Below are positions 28,553 through 36,651 of a DNA stretch of 64,000 bases, in pieces; positions within the stretch are counted from its first letter, which is position 1, and each line of letters starts with the position of its first letter. The notes below the pieces were generated by a model. That model was given only the letters and a program-made list of their open reading frames with translations. It ran no database searches and was not told where the DNA came from. The DNA comes from Verrucomicrobiia bacterium (GTDB lineage Bacteria; Verrucomicrobiota; Verrucomicrobiia; Limisphaerales; UBA8199): the NCBI GenBank assembly GCA_035651635.1, contig DASRFK010000179.1, positions 41,686 to 105,685 of the forward strand, given 5' to 3'. The position numbers and the translations under genes are program-made.

Positions 28553-29085
28553 CGGAAAGTAGGTTGGCCGGGGCCGGTCTTGGCGTCCGGGCTGTAGATC
28601 CAGATGGTCATGGTATCGACCGGTTTTTGGAGACCCCGGCGGTTAACGACGATGCCTACCTTCAAAAGACCATTTGTTTCAGCCTGCTCGCTGACAAATT
28701 CGTAGCTATAATCGGGGTAGGCTTCACCGAAGTTGCCGGAGCCGGAGATCTCCGCTTGCCGGTTGGTCTTGAGCGTCTCATAAATCTGGGAGGCAGCCAT
28801 GCCGGCATCGACATCGCCCCGCTGCAGCGCCCGTGCGTTGCGCAGAGTCGTCGAAACCAAGGCCAGGATGGCGAAGGTGGCCATGAAGAAGATGCCGCAG
28901 GCGATCATGACTTCGATGAGGCTAAAGGCCGAGGTAAGACCGAAGGCCGAAGACCGAAGGCCGAAAGAAGGCCGAAGGCCGAATGCCGAACGGAGTGTCG
29001 GGATCCGCGGGAAAGCGGCTGCGAGAGGCGGCACTGTCTGAGCGGCTGCTGAAGCGGCGGAGGATTGGAAACGCGAAATCATCAT
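28549..29085 (-). CDS. GspI-like pseudopilin (SA|FSLIEVMIACGIFF) with 53-aa repetitive N-terminal extension
   Basis: Prepilin-type motif. The N-terminal extension encodes SAFGLRPSFGLRSSAFGLTSAF from heptamer DNA repeats. ATGATG start overlapping the upstream stop. Confidence 0.65.
   Translation of the reverse strand: MMISRFQSSAASAAAQTVPPLAAAFPRIPTLRSAFGLRPSFGLRSSAFGLTSAFSLIEVMIACGIFFMATFAILALVSTTLRNARALQRGDVDAGMAASQIYETLKTNRQAEISGSGNFGEAYPDYSYEFVSEQAETNGLLKVGIVVNRRGLQKPVDTMTIWIYSPDAKTGPGQPTFR
28926..28993. repeat. Heptamer tandem repeat (CCGAAGR x ~8) inside the 5' part of the gspI-like ORF
   Basis: aggccgaggtaagaccgaaggccgaagaccgaaggccgaaagaaggccgaaggccgaatgccgaacgg. The unit length is not a multiple of 3. 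Confidence 0.6.
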
Positions 29086-29804
29086 TTGAAACGCCTCGGG
29101 TCGGACTCGACGCTGAGTAGTCCCGTGGTGACTTCGAGCGTCAATTCACGCCGCTCGCTCTGGTCGGAAACTAAAATCAGGGTCAGCTCATCACAAGTGC
29201 CATTGGGAAAAAAGCGCACGCGGGCGAGGTCGTCCTCGCGGAATTCATGCGGCAGCTTGTTAATGTCCATCAGCTCGATGGCAATTTTGCCCGACAGCTG
29301 GCCCGAAAGGCCTGAGCCGCTGGCCGGGGCGATGCCGGCCGGGGCCGGGGTTGTGGATCGGGTTGGCGGCCCGGAGGTGGCGGGCTGGGCGGCCGTTACC
29401 GCGGAAGCTGAACCGACTTCGAACCGCCCTTCGCGAGGATGAAAAATGACATCGACTTCGTGGCCTTGCAAGATCGCCCTGGCCCGAGCGTTGCTGCAGA
29501 CTTCCCTGAGATCGGATACGGCTTCGCTCATGGGAGCTTTGTGCCAGGTTTTATAGACAATCGGCACACCCATGCTCAGGACGATTCCCATGATCGCGAC
29601 CACGATCATGATCTCGATTAGCGTAAAGGCGGTTGAGTGTCTGTAACGGGTGATCAGCCCAGGCGCGCGGCAATGGGGACTCGCTGGGTTTGTCCCCCCG
29701 GCGCATGGCTGAAGGCGGAGCGCTTTCCATCGCCCGGGCGGAAGATTTGGACACGCGAGCATGTGCAATGGGTCAGCAGGCCAACCCGTGAGACATTCGA
29801 TCAC
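29082..29804 (-). CDS. GspH/GspG-like pseudopilin (TA|FTLIEIMIVVAIMGI) with 57-aa N-terminal extension
   Basis: Prepilin-type motif. GTGA start/stop overlap with gspF. 240 aa is larger than a typical GspG. Confidence 0.65.
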   Translation of the reverse strand: MIECLTGWPADPLHMLACPNLPPGRWKALRLQPCAGGTNPASPHCRAPGLITRYRHSTAFTLIEIMIVVAIMGIVLSMGVPIVYKTWHKAPMSEAVSDLREVCSNARARAILQGHEVDVIFHPREGRFEVGSASAVTAAQPATSGPPTRSTTPAPAGIAPASGSGLSGQLSGKIAIELMDINKLPHEFREDDLARVRFFPNGTCDELTLILVSDQSERRELTLEVTTGLLSVESDPRRFK

Positions 29805-31081
29805 CTGGCAATATTGGAAGTAATGGCGAACATGGCCGAGAGCACGCTCAGGAGCAAAAACCCGACTCCGATCGCCATCACGATGATCATCACCGGCTCG
29901 ATCATGTTGGTCATGACGCGCAAAGCGATGCTGAGCTCGTTTTCGTAGGTATCGGCCACGTTTTTTAACGCGCCGGGGACGTCTCCGGTGTCCTCACCGA
30001 TTTTGACCAGGTCGACCATGAGCTGCGGGAAGACCTTGCTGCGCGCCAGCGGTTGGGCGATGGTTTTGCCGTCAGTAACCTCTTCGCGGGTCTTGGCGAT
30101 GGCCTCTTTGACGATCACATTTGGCAGGATCTGTTCGGTGATCTTGAGTGCCGTGAGGACCGGGACACCATTTTCGAGCAAGGTCGAGAGCGTCCGGGCA
30201 AACTGGCCGAACAGGTTGAGTTTGACGACTTTTCCAAAGACCGGCGCGTTCATTTTCCACTGATCGAGTTTGCGGCGGCCTTCCGGGCTGGCCTGAAAGC
30301 GTTTGAACAGAATGACGATCACCGCAACCAACAGGAGCATGAGCCACCAATAGCTGGAGAAAAGATGGCTGATCCCGATGAGCATCTGGGTCATGACCGG
30401 GAGATCCACATTCAAGCCCTGAAAAATGGTCATGAATTTGGGAAGCATGTAGGTCATGAAGAAAAACATGATCGAAATGCCAACGACGGACACGAACGCC
30501 GGGTACACCAACGCGGAGGTGAACTTTGATTGGACCTGGGCGAAGCGTTCGAAATGGTCGGCCATGCGCCGCAACACTTCGACCAGGGCCCCGCTGGATT
30601 CACCGGCACGCACCATGTTGATGTACAGATCCGAAAAAATCCGGGGTTGTTTCGACATCGCATCCGAGAGGCTTCGGCCTTCCATGACGTCCTGTTTGAG
30701 CTCGCGGCTGACCTCGGCGGGAATGCCTTTGGTTTCCAGATGAGTCATGCTGTTCAGAGCCACGGTTAAGGGCATGCCTGAATTGAGCAGATTCGCCAAC
30801 TGTTGCGTGAAGGTGGCCAGTTCCTGAAGCTTTGGTTTGCGCTTGCGGGTCAGAGCCTCCCGGACCGCCGGCGGCAGAATCGCGCGCCAGTCGGTTTTTT
30901 GGCCCGTGGGCCGCTCCAGCGCCATCACCGCGCCCCCCTTGGCGGCATCCACGGCGACCGGGAACAAGCCGAGGCGCTCGATTTGAATCAGAGCCGCCGA
31001 GCGGTCCGCAACTTCAAGGACACCCTCGACAACTTCGCCCGTGCGCCGCCGGGCTCTGTACGAAAACTGTGGCATAACCAA
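29801..31081 (-). CDS. gspF: Type II secretion system inner-membrane platform protein GspF family
   Basis: 426 aa with the two T2SS_F repeats and three TM segments (e.g. GMPLTVALNSMTHLETKG..., ...NGVPVLTALKITEQILPN...). Confidence 0.9.
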   Translation of the reverse strand: MVMPQFSYRARRRTGEVVEGVLEVADRSAALIQIERLGLFPVAVDAAKGGAVMALERPTGQKTDWRAILPPAVREALTRKRKPKLQELATFTQQLANLLNSGMPLTVALNSMTHLETKGIPAEVSRELKQDVMEGRSLSDAMSKQPRIFSDLYINMVRAGESSGALVEVLRRMADHFERFAQVQSKFTSALVYPAFVSVVGISIMFFFMTYMLPKFMTIFQGLNVDLPVMTQMLIGISHLFSSYWWLMLLLVAVIVILFKRFQASPEGRRKLDQWKMNAPVFGKVVKLNLFGQFARTLSTLLENGVPVLTALKITEQILPNVIVKEAIAKTREEVTDGKTIAQPLARSKVFPQLMVDLVKIGEDTGDVPGALKNVADTYENELSIALRVMTNMIEPVMIIVMAIGVGFLLLSVLSAMFAITSNIAR

Positions 31082-31307
31082 TTAAACTCAAACACAAAAT
31101 TTAGCAAAAAGTTGCGGTATTCCAAGCCACAATTTCCGCGCGCGCGGACTTGCATTCCACCGAGATCCAGGAATCGAACCTGGCGAAGCGAAGGGTTTGG
31201 CATCGGCGGGTGACCGGGCGTCGCTGCGGGCAGGATGCCGGCGGGCCGCTGAAAGTGTTTGACCCTGGAATGAAAAAGATCGAGCTTCAGTCAAACCAAT
31301 AGTTATC

Positions 31308-31973
31308 ATGAATGTTTCTTTTACTCCACCCTCCCGCCGCCGTTTTCTCTCCGCGCTCGGGCTCGGGTCGGTGGCGCTTTTCGCCCCCGGCGCTTTCGCC
31401 GAGGAATTGCTGCGCACCGCCCACGTTGAAGAAGGGCCATTTTATCCGGACAAACTGCCGTTGGATACGGACAATGATTTGCTGATCGTGAATGATGCGC
31501 TCACGCCGGCGATTGGTGAAGTCACGCATTTGAGCGGGCGGCTCCTGGATGCAAAAGGCGACCCGATCAAGAATGCGTTGATTGAGATCTGGCAAGTGGA
31601 CAGCAAAGGGGTCTACCTGAGAGACCGTCCGGCGCATCCAGGCAATTTTGACAATAATTTCCAGGGATTTGGCCGGTTTTTGACGGGGTCAACTGGTGAA
31701 TATTATTTCCGAACGATAAAACCACTCCCCTACGAGCGACGGCCGGCCGGACACGTGCATTTTGCCGTGAAAGTGAAGGGACGTGAGAAGTGGACCACAC
31801 AACTGTTTGTGAAAGGCGCGCCGGGCAATGAAGTGGATCAGGTTTACAAGAGCATTCGTGAGCCAAAAGCCCGAGAATCAGTGACAGTGGACTTTCTGCC
31901 CGTTAAGGGTTCACGAGTCGGGGAGCTGACCGCCAAGTTCGACATGGTCATGGGTTTCACGCCGGAAACCTGA
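31308..31973 (+). CDS. Tat-exported intradiol ring-cleavage dioxygenase-like protein (protocatechuate 3,4-dioxygenase beta-subunit-like fold)
   Basis: Twin-arginine signal (SRRRFLSALGLGSVALFAPGAFA). Intradiol dioxygenase core pattern (LSGRLLDAKGDPIKNALIEIWQVDSKGVY...HVHFAV). Confidence 0.6.
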   Translation: MNVSFTPPSRRRFLSALGLGSVALFAPGAFAEELLRTAHVEEGPFYPDKLPLDTDNDLLIVNDALTPAIGEVTHLSGRLLDAKGDPIKNALIEIWQVDSKGVYLRDRPAHPGNFDNNFQGFGRFLTGSTGEYYFRTIKPLPYERRPAGHVHFAVKVKGREKWTTQLFVKGAPGNEVDQVYKSIREPKARESVTVDFLPVKGSRVGELTAKFDMVMGFTPET

Positions 31974-33194
31974 GGCCATGGCGCGGCCAGCCAGCCAGCC
32001 GGTGGTCCAGGCGGCTTGAAAGTTAAATCCTCCGGTCAGGCCGTCGAGGTCGAGGAGTTCCCCGCCAAAGAACAGGCCCGGGCACAGGCGGCTTTCCATG
32101 GTTTTGAAATTCACCTCACCAAGCCGCACACCGCCGCAGGTAACAAATTCGTCCCGATTGAGCGTTTTGCCCGCAACGGCCAGTTCAGTGCGGGAGAGTT
32201 GCTGTATGAGCCGGTGCTGAGCCGAGTTCGACAGGTCAGCCCAGCGAGTTTCTCGACCAACGTCCGACGCCTGGACGAGACGTTCCCAGAGTCGGGCCGA
32301 GAGCGGGCTTACCGTAACATTAACGACGAGGCGAGCCGCGTGGGCTTGTCGCAGCGCGCTCAACTGATTCGCCAGACCGGTCTGGTCCAGGTCCGGCAGC
32401 CAATTGATCCGCAGCGCAAATTGGTAATTAACTTCGTGTAAGAGCCGTGCGCCCCAAGCCGAAAGTCGCAGGATGACCGGGCCGCTCACGCCTTGGTGGG
32501 TAATCAGCAACGGGCCGCGCTCGCTGAGCTTTAGTTCCGGCACGGTTGCTTGGACCCGTTCGACGGAAATGCCAGCCAACTCGCGCAGCCAAGGGTGTGA
32601 GACGTGGAAACTAAAGAGCGATGGCACGGGCGGCTGCAGAGTATGGCCCAAGGAAACAGCCAGAGTGCCGGCCGCCGCTGCGCGGCAGCCGCCGGTGGCC
32701 AGCATCAACCGGTCGCAGGCGAGCAGTTCGCCGCGGTGGAGTTTCAGGATAAAGGCACCGCTGGGATTGCGCGCAACGCTCTGAACCTCGCAATGGGTTC
32801 GGAGAGCAACACCCGCGCCGCGAGCTGCGTGCAACAGACAATCGATGATGGTTTGGGCGGAGTCGGTTACCGGGAACATGCGGCCGTCTGCCTCGGTCTT
32901 AAGCCTTACACCGCTCGCTTCAAACCAACGAACGGTGTCAGCCGGTTGAAAGGCGTGCAATGGGCCGCGGAGGGCCGGGCCGCCGCGGGGGTAGTAGCCG
33001 CTGAGCGCGTCTGGATCGAAGCACTCGTGGGTGACATTGCAACGTCCACCGCCGGAAATGCGCACTTTGGATAAAAACTGCGGGCTTTTCTCCAGGACAA
33101 GGACTTCCAAATCCGGATTGGTTTCAGCGCAGGTGATGGCGGCAAAAAACCCGGCGGCGCCACCGCCCACTACCACAATGCGGCTTTTGGACAT
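31911..33194 (-). CDS. NAD(P)/FAD-dependent flavoprotein, HI0933/BaiN (aminoacetone oxidase-like) family
   Basis: Rossmann GxGxxG (IVVVGGGAAGFFAAI), ...RISGGGRCN... and a C-terminal FAD-binding segment. Start assigned to ATG 33194. Confidence 0.8.
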   Translation of the reverse strand: MSKSRIVVVGGGAAGFFAAITCAETNPDLEVLVLEKSPQFLSKVRISGGGRCNVTHECFDPDALSGYYPRGGPALRGPLHAFQPADTVRWFEASGVRLKTEADGRMFPVTDSAQTIIDCLLHAARGAGVALRTHCEVQSVARNPSGAFILKLHRGELLACDRLMLATGGCRAAAAGTLAVSLGHTLQPPVPSLFSFHVSHPWLRELAGISVERVQATVPELKLSERGPLLITHQGVSGPVILRLSAWGARLLHEVNYQFALRINWLPDLDQTGLANQLSALRQAHAARLVVNVTVSPLSARLWERLVQASDVGRETRWADLSNSAQHRLIQQLSRTELAVAGKTLNRDEFVTCGGVRLGEVNFKTMESRLCPGLFFGGELLDLDGLTGGFNFQAAWTTGWLAGRAMASGFRRETHDHVELGGQLPDS

Positions 33195-33600
33195 GCGCGC
33201 CAAGAATAATGAAACATTGAATATAACGGAAGATGCCAAACCTCGACTGCGCATAAAAAAGAGACTGCCGTGTAAACCCACGGTGGTGCCGCGCGCGACG
33301 CGGGGCGTCGGTCGGGTCGCTTGACAAAGACGGCTTTTCTGCGATGGGTTTCTCAGCAGTAATGCAGCCTAAGTTCGCTTCCCTTCCTGGGAGCCAACGC
33401 GGGGGACCCAAAGTCCTCAACAGAGTTGAGGCTGGGGCGAACGGCCGGACCGAGTATCGGGATGGCCCAGGTCACTTCCATGACCGAGCCCGTCAGCTAA
33501 CCTCGTCGGCATTTGGAAGGGCGATCCTCTAGGGTCCCGCTCGGGCGGGACACCACGTTCTCCCGGTAAGAACAATGCGCTGCGGGATTGTATCCCGCCG

Positions 33601-35451
33601 GTGCGGCATGCCTTCCCGCAGCCACATCGGAGATGGTGTATGAGAACAATGTTGATGATATTCGGGCTGAGCCCGCTGGCTACCTGGGTGGCCGCGCTGC
33701 TCGTGTTCATTGGGTTGCTGCCGCTTCTTCCCGTAATGCTGGGAGCCGTGTTAATCCGGGAACGGCAAGTTGGGATTGTTGTTAAGAAGTTCGGCGGCCA
33801 GCCTTTACCACCGGGCCGTTTAATTGCTTTGGCTGGCGAAGCTGGTTACCAAGCCGACGCCTTGGCGCCCGGGTTGCACTTCGGGTATTTCCCATGGCAA
33901 TTCCGGATTCTCAAAGTGGCAGTGACAGTAGTGCCGCAAGGCGAAATTGCCCTCGTGGTCGCCGCGGATGGCGCGGCGATTCCCGCCGAGCGGATCCTGG
34001 GACGAGTAGTCGATTGCGACAATTTCCAGGATGCGCGCAAGTTCCTCGCGAATGGCGGCGAGAAAGGCCGCCAGCTTGGGATTTTGACCGCGGGAACGTA
34101 TCGGATCAACCTGGCCTTGTTCACCGTGATCAACTCGGCAACAGCGGCGGAGCACGAGATGGTTTCGGCTCAGCTGCATTTACATCGCGTCGAACCAGAC
34201 ATGGTGGGAATCGTCACGACCCTCGACGGCCAGCCGATTGAGGCGGGTGAGATCGCCGGGCCAGCTATTGCCGGACACGAAAACTTCCAAAACGCGCAGG
34301 CGTTTCTGGATGGCGGTGGCCGGCGTGGATTGCAGGAGCAGATCCTGCTGTCGGGCACGTGGAACCTGAACCCGTGGTTTGTCCAGGTGGAGCAGGTGCC
34401 GATGGTGCAGATTCCGATTGGCTACGTCGGCGTGGTCATCTCGTATGTGGGGCAGGCACACGTGGACGTCAGCGGCCTGGAGTTCAAGCACGGCGACCTG
34501 GTGGAATCCGGACACAAAGGCGTCTGGGTGACGCCGCTGTATCCGGGCAAACATCCGTTGAACACGAGCGTCATGAAAGTCGAGTTGGTGCCGACGACGA
34601 ATATCGTCCTTAACTGGGCGACTCGGACCGAAGCGCATCATTACGACGAAAAGCTCTCGTCCATTACGGTGCGGTCCAAAGACGGATTCGCCTTCAACCT
34701 GGATGTGGCACAGATCATTCACGTCGGCGCGCTGGATGCCCCGAAGGTGATCTCGCGCGTCGGGTCGATGCAGAATCTGGTGGATCACGTGCTGCAGCCG
34801 ATTGTGGGCAATTACTTCCGCAACTCGGCGCAGGATTACACGGTGCTGGACTTCCTCAGTGCGCGTAGTCACCGGCAGGAGGAAGCCGCGCAGCATATTC
34901 GTGAAGCAATTGGCGCGTATGATGTGCAAGCGATTGACACATTGATTGGCGACATCAACCCCCCGGCTCAGCTCATGCAAACGCAAACCGATCGCAAGAT
35001 AGCCGAAGAGCAGCGCAAGACCTACGAAATGCAGGAGGCCGCGCAGAAGCAACGGCAGCAGTTGGTGCGGCAGACCTCCCTGGCGGATATCCAGCACCAG
35101 GTGGTCGGCGCGGAGCAGGGCGTTATGATTGCCGAACTCCAGGCGAATGCCCAGGTGAAGCAAGCCACCGGCGAAGCCGAAGGCGTGCGGTTGCGCGCCC
35201 ATGGCGAAGCGGAGGCTATCCGCGCGACGGGTGCGGCCAAAGCCGAGGCTTACCGGGCCGGCGTCGAGTCGTTAGGCTCGCAGGCCTACACCACGATGCA
35301 GCTAATGCAAATCGTTGGTGAACGCAACGTGCGCATTGTGCCGGATGTGGCTGTGAGTGGCACCAATGCCAGTCCGGGCCTGGTCGATGGCCTGCTTGGA
35401 CTTATGGTCCGCAGCCAATCCAACGGGCACGGCGCGGCCAAGCCGGCGTAA
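33601..35451 (+). CDS. SPFH/band-7 domain membrane protein, flotillin/YqiK-like, with long C-terminal coiled-coil
   Basis: N-terminal TM helix, SPFH core, then an Ala/Gln/Glu-rich coiled coil (...EAEGVRLRAHGEAEAIRATGAAKAEAYRAG...). Confidence 0.8.
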   Translation: MRHAFPQPHRRWCMRTMLMIFGLSPLATWVAALLVFIGLLPLLPVMLGAVLIRERQVGIVVKKFGGQPLPPGRLIALAGEAGYQADALAPGLHFGYFPWQFRILKVAVTVVPQGEIALVVAADGAAIPAERILGRVVDCDNFQDARKFLANGGEKGRQLGILTAGTYRINLALFTVINSATAAEHEMVSAQLHLHRVEPDMVGIVTTLDGQPIEAGEIAGPAIAGHENFQNAQAFLDGGGRRGLQEQILLSGTWNLNPWFVQVEQVPMVQIPIGYVGVVISYVGQAHVDVSGLEFKHGDLVESGHKGVWVTPLYPGKHPLNTSVMKVELVPTTNIVLNWATRTEAHHYDEKLSSITVRSKDGFAFNLDVAQIIHVGALDAPKVISRVGSMQNLVDHVLQPIVGNYFRNSAQDYTVLDFLSARSHRQEEAAQHIREAIGAYDVQAIDTLIGDINPPAQLMQTQTDRKIAEEQRKTYEMQEAAQKQRQQLVRQTSLADIQHQVVGAEQGVMIAELQANAQVKQATGEAEGVRLRAHGEAEAIRATGAAKAEAYRAGVESLGSQAYTTMQLMQIVGERNVRIVPDVAVSGTNASPGLVDGLLGLMVRSQSNGHGAAKPA

Positions 35452-35518
35452 CTGCGCCAGAAAGCCAAGGCAAGGCGCCCGCGAGGGCGCCTTGCTCAGG
35501 TTCTTCTCCGGACTGCTT

Positions 35519-36325
35519 TCAAAATCGATAGCCGAGGATTAGTTTGATCAGCAGCCCGTCCGTGCTGCCGGTTAAACCGAATCCCACGCCGAAGTTAAAT
35601 TCCCAGTCAGGGGAGAAGTTGAGGTCAATGGTGGGAAAGATTTGTTGCTGCTGGTCGGACCAAGTGCTGAAACCGCCGATCGGACCGACCGAGCTGTAAT
35701 ACTCGGCACCCAGCGCGACGACCTTGGTGAGATCATAGCTGATCTTGGCGCTCGGCGCGAAGGCCCACCCCTGGTTTGAATTCAGCCCTTTGATCGATTT
35801 TTCCAGCGCCGGATTTACTGCAAAGTACCACCGGCCCCATTGTTTATCGATGATGGGGCGCAGTTCCCAGTTCCACGTGTCTTCCGAAAAGGAACGGCGC
35901 TGAAACCCGACTTCGGTCGAAAGGCTCACACCCACAGGCCAATGCCACTCGGCCGGGACAGCAACGCGCGGGCGAATGTGGTCCCCAACCCATTCCCAAC
36001 CATGGCCAGGCTGAATGCTCGAAAACACGTAAAAACCTGTCTCGAACCAGGGAGTGAAGCCGTGCGTGATTTCCAACGTTTCGTGAACCGCATGATGCGA
36101 TGGCAACACGCCATTAATTTCTTCCCGCTCTCCTTGCACGGCGAAATTGCTGTGGATTTCAATCATCGTCCTTCCCATGGGCACGGTATCCGAAGGGTAG
36201 ACCTGGATTTCGTAATTGTCCTGAGCGTGTGCGCAAAGACCGAACAACAGCCAAGCCGCCATCCGCACCCAAACGGCAGGAAGGGTGAAATACCCTCTGA
36301 GCGACGGTTTGGACGGGGACAGCAT
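35519..36325 (-). CDS. Outer-membrane beta-barrel protein (MipA/OmpV-like or related small OMP), C-terminal aromatic residue
   Basis: Signal peptide, alternating amphipathic beta strands, ends ...LILGYRF. Family assignment is tentative. Confidence 0.45.
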   Translation of the reverse strand: MLSPSKPSLRGYFTLPAVWVRMAAWLLFGLCAHAQDNYEIQVYPSDTVPMGRTMIEIHSNFAVQGEREEINGVLPSHHAVHETLEITHGFTPWFETGFYVFSSIQPGHGWEWVGDHIRPRVAVPAEWHWPVGVSLSTEVGFQRRSFSEDTWNWELRPIIDKQWGRWYFAVNPALEKSIKGLNSNQGWAFAPSAKISYDLTKVVALGAEYYSSVGPIGGFSTWSDQQQQIFPTIDLNFSPDWEFNFGVGFGLTGSTDGLLIKLILGYRF

Positions 36326-36651
36326 GGGTCCATTATTCCGCCGGTTTGGGCCGATTGCAACCTGAGCTTGCCGCAGGAGTTTCCTTACGCGGTTGCTCCT
36401 CGGTGACCTTGTGATGCCACGCGCGCGGGCTTCGCAAGCAAAGCAGGAACAGCTTCTGTTTTGGGAGGTGCCGGGAGTTCCTTGCGTCCGAGCTCGGCCC
36501 AGGCGAGCTCCGGTTGAGCGGCAATCTTCGAAACCAGTTCCAGCGGCGCTCTGCCGAGACGCCGCTACGGCGAGGTGAATCGAGCCTTTAGTTCTGGCCG
36601 TGGGGCCGTGAGTTTGGTCTTATTTGCCGAACCCGTTTTGAGGCCAAACGC

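Noticed and set aside
33195-33600. Checked the structured intergenic region for RNase P RNA, tmRNA, SRP RNA and tRNA signatures
   Set aside because: No GGAAAGUCCGG / ACAGAACCCGGCUUA (RNase P), no tRNA-like 3' end with GGTTCGAATCC-type T-arm, and no SRP domain-IV motif on either strand. Retained only as a low-interest structured leader.
34180-35202. 340-aa minus-strand ORF antisense to the flotillin-like gene
   Set aside because: Low-complexity His/Arg/Leu-rich product. The sense-strand SPFH protein is well supported.
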